Source: Undibacterium umbellatum
Lineage (GTDB): Bacteria > Pseudomonadota > Gammaproteobacteria > Burkholderiales > Burkholderiaceae_D
Assembly: GCF_014284125.1 (NCBI RefSeq)
Contig: NZ_JACOFX010000013.1
Location: 135,875-159,874, forward strand
Reading direction: 5' to 3'
DNA: 24,000 nt
Numbering within the stretch: position 1 is the stretch's first letter; each line of letters starts with the position of its first letter. Shown here piece by piece: positions 9,051 through 17,921 of the stretch. Under the pieces are notes generated by a model. That model was given only the letters and a program-made list of their open reading frames with translations. It was not told where the DNA came from and did no database searches. The translations under genes and the position numbers were made by a program.

Positions 9051-11456
9051 TTATTTAGCCCTTAACACCAACACACTCTTCGCGTTGCCCGCAACATCGT
9101 TGACACTCAAATGCTGTGGCACATATGTCCCAGCCGCAAATCCTGCGGCCTGATCATTGTAGTGAGCATCAAACAAAACCCCACTCTGCCCCACCGGATT
9201 GATGCCTAAAGCTTTCGAGGCATCTGCAAAATCGATCAAACGTCGCGTCGATGGCCCGTACACCACATCCCATGGAGCCGGTCCGATTGCCGCTGCCAAA
9301 TTATTTGGTACTTCACGCGCACCAGCTACTTCAAACGGGCCGATATTGAATATTTTGTTCAGCGGCTTTTTTTGAGATAGCGGATGCTTGTGCGTCAGCG
9401 TATGCGCCTTGCCCCAGGCCCATTGCTTGCTGTCATTACCAAAGGTATTTTGCAAATGGGCGATACTGTCGCGCCATGCCAGTATTAGGATATCGTCGCG
9501 AGTTTCCATCGGTGCTGTTGAGCGATTATCCCACCAGGGTGATTTTGCATCAGCCAGCAGGCGTGGCAAAGCAAAGTCCAGTGCGCGTGTGCGCAAGAGG
9601 TTTTTAAACTGCACTTCCCCCACGTCATCTGCCATCGCCGCATAGATGATCTGATACAGCAATTGGCTGAAGATGGTGGGCGCTATGCTATTCGCCTGGT
9701 AACTGCCATCCCATTTTTCCAGTTGCTCCAGCAGGCGTTTGCCGTCCGCATCAGCTACTTGCTTGCGCAGGGTGGGCAATATGGACGGCAAAACCTGTGC
9801 GGCATAATCGGTCTTGCTATCGAGCTGCAAAGCCTGGCTGTTTTTTGTGTCCCACTTGATGCCGGGTTGCGACAACAAGGCCTCCAGTCTGCGTGCGCGT
9901 TCGTGCAGATTGTAGTAACCGGGAATGGCAAAATCTGCTGATGGCAAAGGCTGCTGATTAGCAGAGACGATAAAGCCACGTGCTGGATTAACTTCATGAG
10001 GGTTATCGGAAAAATCAGTAAAGCCCGGCTTGTCAGCTTCTGCCGTGCCGCCATCAAGGATGAAGGCCGGGTTCACATTCGTCGGCCGTCTGACCAGTTT
10101 GGCCGCTGCCCACCAGGCGATATCGCCTTGCGCATTTGCCCAGAGCACATTCAAACCCGGTGCATGGATTTTGCTGGCGGCATTGGCCGCAACATCTATT
10201 GTGCTGGCACGATTCAATTCATAAAAAGCGTCAAGCACAGGATTTTCAGTTTCCAGAAATGCCCACCACATGGCGATGGGCTTGGCGGTCTGATCTTCGC
10301 CCCAGGTTAGCCGGAAGGCATCGCTGATGATGGGGCCACGAGGGGATGTTCGCAATTGTAATTTAACTGCTTCCGCTCCTTTGACCTTGAGGATTTCTTC
10401 GCGATTTTGTAAATCCACCCATTGCCCTTTGACCCAGACTTGATTGGGATTTTGTGGGTTGATTTTTTCAGCAATAAAATCAACATCGTCATTCTGGAAC
10501 ATGGTCAGGGTCCAGCCAAAATGCTGGTTATGACCCAACAGAGCAAATGGATTGAGTGCCTGGTGATGGCCATATAATTCAAAGCCTGGCATTTTGAGAT
10601 GCGCCTCATACCAGACTGCTGGTGCCGAGTAAGCGATGTGCGGATCACCCGCCAGCAAGGGTTTGCCACTGGCGGCATTTTTGCCAGCCACCACCCAGGC
10701 ATTACTACCCTCAAACTGTGGCAGGCCAAACTCTTCCATGACTTGCTGGCTGGTCGTTGCGATACGATTCATCCTATCCCAGTCTGTTGCGCTCAATTGC
10801 AAGGGCTTGATGACGCCTTCGGGATACCAGGTAAAATCAAAAATGCGCAAATAATCTGCGCCTAGTTTGTCGCGTATTTGTGTCAATACTGGTTCGGAAC
10901 GGAAGGCCGCAGCGAAGCTGTAGGCCATGTAACCGGATACAGCGACCGTATCTTCTGCAGTAAATGGGCGCTTGGGTATGCCCAGCAATTCAAATTCCAG
11001 CGGCGAGGCATGCCCGGCCTGATATTGATTGATGCCATCGAGATAGGCATCCAGGGCTTTGACTGCGGCAGAATTTTTATCGAGTCTGGCTGCATAATCA
11101 GACGCATGTTTGCGCAAACCCAGAGTACGGAACAGGCGGTCGGTATCCAGCAGTTTTGGGCCAAGAATTTCAGCCAACTCACCATTGGCCAGGCGACGCA
11201 CCATTTCCATTTGAAACAGCCTGTCCTGTGCATGTACATAACCGAGGGCACGATACAGGTCTGCTTCATTTTTTGCTTCTATATGCGGCACGCCACGCTC
11301 GTCATATTGCACCGTCACTTCGGCTTGCAAGCCTGTCAGCACCTGGTTACCTGAACGCTGCACACGCTTACCAAACAAATGGACAGTGGCTGCGACAATG
11401 GCGATCAGTAGCAAAGCGCTCAGTAAAATCAGACACCATTTCAGCAGGCGTTTCAT
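9051..11456 (-). CDS. penicillin acylase-family Ntn hydrolase (penicillin/aculeacin/AHL acylase type), exported or membrane-anchored
   Basis: 801 aa. The N-terminal hydrophobic segment MKRLLKWCLILLSALLLIAIVAATV is a signal peptide or signal anchor. The alpha-subunit region reads DERGVPHI...YRALGYVHAQDRLFQME. The predicted autoprocessing site is FEG/SNAWVVAG, with nucleophile Ser251 (codon 10706-10704) opening the beta subunit. Size and layout fit PF01804-type acylases. Confidence 0.88.
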   Translation of the reverse strand: MKRLLKWCLILLSALLLIAIVAATVHLFGKRVQRSGNQVLTGLQAEVTVQYDERGVPHIEAKNEADLYRALGYVHAQDRLFQMEMVRRLANGELAEILGPKLLDTDRLFRTLGLRKHASDYAARLDKNSAAVKALDAYLDGINQYQAGHASPLEFELLGIPKRPFTAEDTVAVSGYMAYSFAAAFRSEPVLTQIRDKLGADYLRIFDFTWYPEGVIKPLQLSATDWDRMNRIATTSQQVMEEFGLPQFEGSNAWVVAGKNAASGKPLLAGDPHIAYSAPAVWYEAHLKMPGFELYGHHQALNPFALLGHNQHFGWTLTMFQNDDVDFIAEKINPQNPNQVWVKGQWVDLQNREEILKVKGAEAVKLQLRTSPRGPIISDAFRLTWGEDQTAKPIAMWWAFLETENPVLDAFYELNRASTIDVAANAASKIHAPGLNVLWANAQGDIAWWAAAKLVRRPTNVNPAFILDGGTAEADKPGFTDFSDNPHEVNPARGFIVSANQQPLPSADFAIPGYYNLHERARRLEALLSQPGIKWDTKNSQALQLDSKTDYAAQVLPSILPTLRKQVADADGKRLLEQLEKWDGSYQANSIAPTIFSQLLYQIIYAAMADDVGEVQFKNLLRTRALDFALPRLLADAKSPWWDNRSTAPMETRDDILILAWRDSIAHLQNTFGNDSKQWAWGKAHTLTHKHPLSQKKPLNKIFNIGPFEVAGAREVPNNLAAAIGPAPWDVVYGPSTRRLIDFADASKALGINPVGQSGVLFDAHYNDQAAGFAAGTYVPQHLSVNDVAGNAKSVLVLRAK

Positions 11457-11656
11457 TGGTTAGCTTTCAACTTGAGATAGTGTCAGATTCTACACTCAGT
11501 ATAAAGAATCGCGCGAAAGATCTTTGCAAGTTCAAATATTATCAATAATTTACTCTTTTAAAGAGCCATGTAGACTATTGATTTTGGCTCACATATCATC
11601 ATCTATACCTTTTGCTATTTGCTTAGCCCACGCTTGCCCACTATTCTGGACTGCGC

Positions 11657-13480
11657 ATGACCAACCCAATCCCCTCGCCTTCTCCTGCCACTGAAATTTC
11701 TCAGCGCAGTAGCTTGCAAACCCTGAAAGGACTGCTCCCCTTCCTCAGGCCTTATAAGACACAATTTGTATTGGCTGGTATCGCTTTGCTGGTGGCGGCA
11801 GGTGCCACATTGGCCATACCTTATGCTTTTCGCCAGATGATAGACCTGGGTTTTGGTGGGGGTGATCACAGCATCAAGCATGTAGATCTGACCTTCATCG
11901 CCCTGTTTGGTGTGGCTTGTGTGCTGGGCATAGCCACTGCAGCCAGGTTTTACATGGTGTCATGGCTGGGGGAGCGAGTGACGGCAGATATACGCAATGC
12001 CGTGTATTCGCATGTGGTCACGCAAAGCCCGGAATTTTTTGAAACCACGCAAACCGGTGAAGTACTGTCGCGCCTGACGACGGACACCACGCTGATACAA
12101 ACCGTGGTGGGCACCAGCATCTCCATGGCTTTGCGTAATTTTTTGCTGTTTCTTGGTGGTCTGGTGATGTTGTTCATCACCAGCCCCAAACTATCATCCA
12201 TCATCATCGTCATGCTGGCGGTGGTGGTTTTACCCATCATCCTGTTTGGTCGGCGTGTACGCACGCTGTCGCGTGATTCACAAGACCGCATTGCTGATGC
12301 ATCAGCAATTGCAGGTGAAATACTGAACGCCATGCCAACCGTGCAAGCCTTCACCCATGAAAATATAGAAGCCCAGCGTTTCTCTGGTACGGTGGAAGGA
12401 GCGTTCAAAACTGCCATGCGCCGCATACGTGCTCGCTCACTGCTGACAGTCATGGCTATCTTACTGATCTTCGGTGCCATTGTATTTGTATTGTGGCTGG
12501 GCGCGCATGCAGTCATGCAAGGTCGCATGAGCGGTGGTGAGCTGGGTCAGTTTATTTTGTATGCGTCTATCGTGGCGGGTGCAGTTGGCGCACTCTCTGA
12601 AGTCATGGGTGATGCCCAGCGTGCAGCAGGCGCGACCGAGCGTTTGCTGGAATTGATCGAAGTTAAGTCACCGATACAAAATCCAGTAAAAGCACTGAGT
12701 TTACCTACCCGTGCAGAGCATGATCCCAGAGGTGCGGCACTTTCATTGCAAGGCTTGGAATTTCACTATCCTTCGCGCCCCAATACTGCAGCCTTGTTGA
12801 ATCTGAACCTGGAAATACAACCTGGCGAAACTGTCGCCATCGTTGGTTCTTCCGGTGCGGGCAAGACGACGCTGTTCCAGATGTTGTTGCGTTTTTATGA
12901 TCCTCAGCAAGGCAGGATCACTCTCGACGGTATCAATATCCGCGAACTGAATCTGCATGAATTGCGCGGCGCAATTGGCGTGGTGCCGCAAGATACCGTT
13001 ATCTTCTCAGCCAATGCCCTTGAGAATATACGCTATGGTCGCGCCGATGCCAGCGATGTAGAAGTAATAGCGGCAGCGAAAATGGCTGCCGCGCATGAGT
13101 TTATAGAAAGACTGCCAGAAAGCTATCAATCCTTCCTGGGTGAACGCGGTGTGCGCCTGTCTGGCGGGCAAAAACAAAGGATAGCGATTGCCCGTGCCCT
13201 GCTGAAAAACCCGCCGCTATTGCTATTGGATGAAGCCACCAGCGCACTGGATGCAGAGTCAGAACGCCTGGTGCAAGGCGCACTGGAAGTGGCAATGCAA
13301 GGCCGCACGACCCTGATCATTGCGCACAGGCTGGCAACCGTACAGCGCGCCAACCGCATCATCGTCATGGAACATGGACGCATCGTGGAAACTGGCACCC
13401 ACTCTTCGCTGGTAGAGCAAGGTGGAGTCTATGCGAAACTGGCGGCATTGCAGTTTGATTTGCACAGGAATGAAGAATAG
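11657..13480 (+). CDS. ABC exporter half-transporter (fused type I exporter transmembrane domain plus ATPase, ABCB/Atm1/MsbA-like)
   Basis: 607 aa. The N-terminal half has six predicted hydrophobic helices. The C-terminal half carries Walker A GSSGAGKTT, the LSGGQKQR signature, Walker B LLLLDEATSALD and the H-loop IIAHRL. Confidence 0.9.
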   Translation: MTNPIPSPSPATEISQRSSLQTLKGLLPFLRPYKTQFVLAGIALLVAAGATLAIPYAFRQMIDLGFGGGDHSIKHVDLTFIALFGVACVLGIATAARFYMVSWLGERVTADIRNAVYSHVVTQSPEFFETTQTGEVLSRLTTDTTLIQTVVGTSISMALRNFLLFLGGLVMLFITSPKLSSIIIVMLAVVVLPIILFGRRVRTLSRDSQDRIADASAIAGEILNAMPTVQAFTHENIEAQRFSGTVEGAFKTAMRRIRARSLLTVMAILLIFGAIVFVLWLGAHAVMQGRMSGGELGQFILYASIVAGAVGALSEVMGDAQRAAGATERLLELIEVKSPIQNPVKALSLPTRAEHDPRGAALSLQGLEFHYPSRPNTAALLNLNLEIQPGETVAIVGSSGAGKTTLFQMLLRFYDPQQGRITLDGINIRELNLHELRGAIGVVPQDTVIFSANALENIRYGRADASDVEVIAAAKMAAAHEFIERLPESYQSFLGERGVRLSGGQKQRIAIARALLKNPPLLLLDEATSALDAESERLVQGALEVAMQGRTTLIIAHRLATVQRANRIIVMEHGRIVETGTHSSLVEQGGVYAKLAALQFDLHRNEE

Positions 13481-13539
13481 CAATAGCTTAATAAACCATG
13501 GCAAAATAGCCAACTCATCACCCACACATAAAGGAGACA

Positions 13540-13917
13540 ATGATGATAGGCTACATTACCCTGGGCACCAATGATGTCAAGCGTGCCGCCGCTTTTTACG
13601 ATGCGCTGCTGGCAGAAATCGGTGCCAAACGTACGATGGAATCAGAAGGTTTTGTCGCCTGGGGAGTCAGCCCCAAACATCCCGCGCTAGGCATTATCAC
13701 GCCGTTCAATGGCGAAGCGGCGACTGTAGGCAATGGCAGCATGGCGGCTCTCGTCGTCAAAACCAAAGAACAGGTTCAAGCCCTGCATAACAAGGCTCTG
13801 GAACTCGGTGGTAAAGATGAAGGTGCGCCAGGACCGAGGGGTGACAGCGGCTTTTACGCTGCTTATTTCCGCGACCTGGATGGCAATAAATTGAATGCCT
13901 TTTGCATGGGCGGCTAG
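13540..13917 (+). CDS. VOC (glyoxalase/bleomycin-resistance/dioxygenase fold) family protein
   Basis: 125 aa. The pattern IGYITLGTNDVKRAAAFYDALL ... YAAYFRDLDGNKLNAF is typical of small VOC proteins. AAGGAGA lies at 13531-13537. By spacing, the second ATG at 13543 may be the real start. The gene sits 59 nt downstream of the ABC gene on the same strand. Confidence 0.8.
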   Translation: MMIGYITLGTNDVKRAAAFYDALLAEIGAKRTMESEGFVAWGVSPKHPALGIITPFNGEAATVGNGSMAALVVKTKEQVQALHNKALELGGKDEGAPGPRGDSGFYAAYFRDLDGNKLNAFCMGG

Positions 13918-13928
13918 AGTTTCGGCGA

Positions 13929-13959
13929 GCTGTTGCAAGTCATTCTGATTTGCAGCAGC
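13929..13959. terminator. hairpin between the convergent VOC and TetR genes (possible terminator)
   Basis: GCTGTTGCAA (13929-13938) pairs with TTGCAGCAGC (13950-13959) over 10 bp, including one G-U pair, with an 11-nt loop. No clear U-tract follows, so its function is uncertain. Confidence 0.3.
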
Positions 13960-13986
13960 CTGCTTTGCAACACCTACTATAGGCAT

Positions 13987-14562
13987 TTAGTCCCCCGTAG
14001 TTTCAAGTGCTGTCGCGACCGCACCAAGAATGCGTCGGGAGAATTCTTCATCTTCCGCCACTCGCGCCAGCACCACCGCGCCCACCATGCTGGCCAAAGC
14101 CAGCATGGCCTTGTCTTCTCTTTTCTCTTTCGTTTCACCAGGCAGCAAGTCCACCAGGACAGCCATCAGGTCATGCGCGCCTTTGTCGGCAGCTTTGCGC
14201 ACTATCTCGTTTTGCCTGGCCATGTCTGATCCCAGAGCAGCAAGGGCACAACCCCTGCCTGGCTTGTCCCTGTGTGCAGGAGATAGGTAATCATTGGCAA
14301 TACGTGACAAGGCAGTGTCTGGAGATTCTGCCTGCCACTTCTTCCAGCGCTCTGCTGAGCGACCCAGGCTAAGTGCGCAGGTTTGCGCAATCAGGTCTTC
14401 TTTGGAAGAAAAGTTTCCATAAAAGCCGCCATGGGTCAGGCCAGCGCCTTTCATCAGATCGACCACGCTGACGCCGTCATAGCCGCGCTCCCGGAATAGC
14501 TGTGAGGCCACATCAAGGATGCGCTGGCGATTTTCATTTGCCTGCTCTCTGCTGACTTTCAT
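13987..14562 (-). CDS. TetR/AcrR family transcriptional regulator
   Basis: 191 aa. The N-terminal helix-turn-helix region is RQRILDVASQLFRERGYDGVSVVDLMKGAGLTHGGFYGNFSSKEDL. GGAG lies upstream of the ATG at 14562. The gene is divergent from the MFS gene. Confidence 0.9.
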   Translation of the reverse strand: MKVSREQANENRQRILDVASQLFRERGYDGVSVVDLMKGAGLTHGGFYGNFSSKEDLIAQTCALSLGRSAERWKKWQAESPDTALSRIANDYLSPAHRDKPGRGCALAALGSDMARQNEIVRKAADKGAHDLMAVLVDLLPGETKEKREDKAMLALASMVGAVVLARVAEDEEFSRRILGAVATALETTGD

Positions 14563-14587
14563 GAAACTACTCCATCAATAAATTCTC

Positions 14588-14638
14588 TTGACATTATATA
14601 TTATAAACGTAATATATATAATAATGATGATCATCATT
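14588..14638. promoter_or_regulatory. TetR/MFS divergent control region: TTGACA box, an AT-rich inverted repeat and a 16-bp perfect palindrome
   Basis: TTGACA lies at 14588-14593. A 9-bp inverted repeat, TATATATTA (14595-14603) and TAATATATA (14610-14618), has a 6-nt spacer. The perfect palindrome AATGATGATCATCATT spans 14623-14638, 37 nt upstream of the MFS ATG. TATA-like -10 candidates lie at 14613-14622. Confidence 0.5.
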
Positions 14639-14675
14639 TAAAATCATATCCGCCCCTTCATTCACGGAAAACAAT

Positions 14676-15896
14676 ATGGATACCAAGAACAATCTATTGA
14701 ACAAATATCCAGCTATCTGGCTGGTGCTGCTGGGTACAGCTGGCACTTTTGCCCTGACCATGGGGGTGCGGCAAAGCATGGGGCTGTTTTTAAGTCCCAT
14801 GAATACTGCCACTGGCCTGGGCGTAGGCAATATCAGCCTGGCTTTCGCCTTTGGGCAATTGTGGTGGGGTCTGACACAGCCATTCGCTGGCGCCTTTGCC
14901 GACAAAATGGGGGCTGGCCGTGTCTTGTGCGCTAGTATTGTTTTGGTGGCGCTGGGTACTTTCATCACGCCACTGATGACGACCACGGCAGGCCTGATCT
15001 TTGCCATAGGTATGCTGGCAGCAGGCGGTGCTGGCATGGCGGGGCCTGCGGTGTTGATGGCAACTGCTACCCGCATGATCCCGGCAGAAAAGCGCGGTAT
15101 TGCAACTGGTATCGTGAATGCTGGTGGCTCTTTTGGTCAGTTCCTGATGGCACCAATCGCCATCACGCTCATGGGTTTGTATGGCTGGAATAATGCCATG
15201 CAGATCATGGGCATACTGGTGTTGCTGGCCCTGCCCGCTGCTTATCTGTTACGTGGCAAACCTGTGCAAGCTGTCATTGCAGGGCAAGCGCCTGTCAGCA
15301 CTTCCAAAGCGATCGCTATTGCCCTGAAAAATCCCAGCTACCTGATGCTGGCCGCAGGCTTTTTTGTATGCGGCTTCCATGTGGCTTTTCTGGCCACCCA
15401 TTTACCCGGCATAATCAGCCTGTGCGGCTTGCCCGCAGAATTTGGCGGCTGGGCGCTGGCCATGCTGGGGTTGTTCAATATTATAGGCAGCATCTCCATG
15501 GGTTGGGCAGTCGGCAAATGGCGCATGAAATCGCTGCTGTCCTTGTTGTACGCGACACGCGCACTGGCCGTCATCCTGTTTTTGCTGGCGCCTAAAACTG
15601 GCGCTGTCGTACTGGTGTTTGCTGCCGTGATGGGCCTGACCTTCCTGTCCACCGTGCCACCGACAGCTGGTCTGGTAGCGAAGTTCTTTGGACCTGCAAA
15701 TATGGCCAGCCTGTTTGGCATCGTCATGCTGACACATCAACTAGGTGGTTTCCTGGGTGTCTGGCTGGGTGGCAAGGTGCTGGAGGCAAATGGCAATTTC
15801 AATGTGCTCTGGTATATCGATATCACCCTCGCAGTGGCTGCGGCATTGGTACATTTGCCTATACAGGAAAAGCAATTGCAACTGCAGGCGGCATAA
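14676..15896 (+). CDS. MFS transporter (12 transmembrane helices)
   Basis: 406 aa and hydrophobic throughout. An MFS motif-A-like GAFADKMGAGRVL follows the second helix. Substrate unknown. Confidence 0.88.
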   Translation: MDTKNNLLNKYPAIWLVLLGTAGTFALTMGVRQSMGLFLSPMNTATGLGVGNISLAFAFGQLWWGLTQPFAGAFADKMGAGRVLCASIVLVALGTFITPLMTTTAGLIFAIGMLAAGGAGMAGPAVLMATATRMIPAEKRGIATGIVNAGGSFGQFLMAPIAITLMGLYGWNNAMQIMGILVLLALPAAYLLRGKPVQAVIAGQAPVSTSKAIAIALKNPSYLMLAAGFFVCGFHVAFLATHLPGIISLCGLPAEFGGWALAMLGLFNIIGSISMGWAVGKWRMKSLLSLLYATRALAVILFLLAPKTGAVVLVFAAVMGLTFLSTVPPTAGLVAKFFGPANMASLFGIVMLTHQLGGFLGVWLGGKVLEANGNFNVLWYIDITLAVAAALVHLPIQEKQLQLQAA

Positions 15897-15926
15897 ACCG
15901 CACTGCAATCATCATAAAAGCCGGGT

Positions 15927-17585
15927 TTATCTAGTGGCTGAATAAACCTGCTTGCCTGCTACCCAGGTTTGCAAGACCTTGATCTTGTAAATATCCTTGG
16001 CGGGCATATTCAGCATATCCTGGTCAATGAGGATAAAGTCTGCCCACTTGCCCGCCTCCAGTGTACCCAGAGTATTTTCTTGATGTGCAGCATAGGCAGC
16101 ATCAAGGGTAAAGCAACGCAAGGCTTCCTGCACAGTCATTGCTTGATTGACATACCAGCCCTGCGCAGGTTTGCCTGCCATATCCTGACGGGTGACCGCT
16201 GCATGGACACCCCAGAATGGATTGGGAGATTCTATCGGGAAGTCTGAGCCACAGGCGATGCGTGAACCCTGCTGCAAGAAACTGCGCCAGGCGTAAGCCC
16301 CCTTGATACGCTCTGCCCCTACCCTGTCTTCAGCCATATTCATATCTGAAGTCGCATGAGTCGGCTGCATGGAGGGCAAGATCCCCAGTTGTTTGAAACG
16401 CGGAATATCATCCAGCGCCACGACTTGCGCATGCTCTATGCGATGGCGCAAGTTGGCAGATGTCGCTGGCAAGCGGGCAAAGCCGTCCAACATCTGGTGG
16501 TTACCGGCATCGCCTATCGCATGCACATTCACCTGATAGCCCTTGCTGGCAGCTTTTTCTATCATGGTGTGCATCTCATCTGTAGTTTTGAACAGCAGGC
16601 CATGGGTATGTGGCGCATCTGAATACGGTGCCATCAAGGCCGCGCCACGACTGCCTAGCGCACCATCAGCAAACAGTTTGACTGCACGCAGAGAATAAAA
16701 ATCTTGTCCATACGTCAGTAAAGGGCCTTGCAGTGAGACCTTGTCGAAATAGCCATCGGTGCCACGTAACATGCCATAGATGCGTGTCGTCAACTTGCCC
16801 TTGTCTGCATATTCACGGAACAATTTATCGGCAGATTCTGAAACGCCAGCATCGTGCACACTGGTGACACCGACCTTTGCTAATTCCAACAAGGCCAGAT
16901 CCAGGGCAGTTCTCTGCTCAGCATTCGATGCTGGCGGCACTACCTTGCTAACCAGACTCATGGCCGCATCAATGAGTATACCGGTGGGCTTACCGTGAGC
17001 ATCTTTTTCTATTTTTCCGCCGCTAGGATCTGGTGTATTTTCAGTTATGCCTGCCAACTGCAAAGCCTTGCTATTCGCCCAACCGGCATGACCATCTACC
17101 CTTGATAGCCAGACTGGTCGATCTTTTACCACTGCATCAATTTCCTGCGCAGTTGGAAAGCGACCCAACTTCCAGTTAGCCTGATTCCATTCGCCACCGA
17201 TGATCCATTGATTCAAGGGGAAGCGGCGCGCGTAGTCAGCAATTGTCTTTTGCGCTTCCGCCAGGTTGGCGGTGGCACGCAAACCCAGCTGCATCTGACT
17301 CGCGCCCAAACTAAGCACATGACCATGAGCATCGATCATGCCTGGCAATAAGGTTTTACCCCCACCATCCACACGCTTGGCCATGGGGAGCCTGGCGGCC
17401 AATTCTGCTGATTTTCCTGTTGCAATGATCTTGCCAGCATCATCAAAAGCCAGCGCTTGAAATTGCTGCAATTGTGTCCCAATCAGAGTGTAGCCAAGGA
17501 CATTATCGATAATCGTATCGGCCGTTGCCATACCTGGACTCAAACTCATCATTACCAATGCCAAGTACTTCAATTTGGTGCACAT
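15927..17585 (-). CDS. secreted metal-dependent amidohydrolase (Amidohydro_3 / YtcJ-like)
   Basis: 552 aa. The signal peptide is MCTKLKYLALVMMSLSPGMATA/DT. Metal-ligand motifs are present: MIDAHGHV (HxH), VHAIGD, RIEHAQ and GSDFP. No Shine-Dalgarno sequence is visible upstream of the ATG at 17585. Confidence 0.85.
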   Translation of the reverse strand: MCTKLKYLALVMMSLSPGMATADTIIDNVLGYTLIGTQLQQFQALAFDDAGKIIATGKSAELAARLPMAKRVDGGGKTLLPGMIDAHGHVLSLGASQMQLGLRATANLAEAQKTIADYARRFPLNQWIIGGEWNQANWKLGRFPTAQEIDAVVKDRPVWLSRVDGHAGWANSKALQLAGITENTPDPSGGKIEKDAHGKPTGILIDAAMSLVSKVVPPASNAEQRTALDLALLELAKVGVTSVHDAGVSESADKLFREYADKGKLTTRIYGMLRGTDGYFDKVSLQGPLLTYGQDFYSLRAVKLFADGALGSRGAALMAPYSDAPHTHGLLFKTTDEMHTMIEKAASKGYQVNVHAIGDAGNHQMLDGFARLPATSANLRHRIEHAQVVALDDIPRFKQLGILPSMQPTHATSDMNMAEDRVGAERIKGAYAWRSFLQQGSRIACGSDFPIESPNPFWGVHAAVTRQDMAGKPAQGWYVNQAMTVQEALRCFTLDAAYAAHQENTLGTLEAGKWADFILIDQDMLNMPAKDIYKIKVLQTWVAGKQVYSATR

Positions 17586-17921
17586 AAATCAGGCCCGAAA
17601 AATAATGAAAGAAGATACATTGTATTTCAATATGCATGGGCAATTTAGATATAGCAAAGCACAACACAGACCTGACTTCATTGTTGTCATATGATAAAGC
17701 AGCATATTATTACCACAAAGAGAATGCATACTTAACAACCATTGAGCGATCTTGACGAATTTTTATATCAATTTAAATGAACTTAACATCACTTCCCACA
17801 AAGAAAAAGTGAAATCCTGGGACGTATCCATGTAACAGATGTAAAACTTGTCATATAACTGACATTTACCTTGACGCTGCAAACAGCACTTGCGTACACT
17901 CACACGATTCTGCAATCCACG

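Noticed and set aside
11539-11598. PaaX half-site-like hexamers (TTATCA at 11539-11544, ATATCA at 11593-11598) upstream of the acylase gene.
   Set aside because: Both hexamers are imperfect, lie in the same orientation rather than inverted, and have the wrong spacing. They are expected by chance in AT-rich DNA and do not support PaaX control of the acylase.
11950-12528. A 192-aa minus-strand ORF inside the ABC exporter gene.
   Set aside because: It is antisense to the transmembrane-domain coding region. Its composition (Met/Ser/Thr/Arg runs) mirrors the hydrophobic codons on the sense strand, and there is no independent support for it.
14594-15076. A 160-aa minus-strand ORF overlapping the MFS gene and the TetR-MFS control region.
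   Set aside because: It is antisense to a convincing 12-helix MFS frame, and its C-terminal tail is translated AT-rich promoter DNA.
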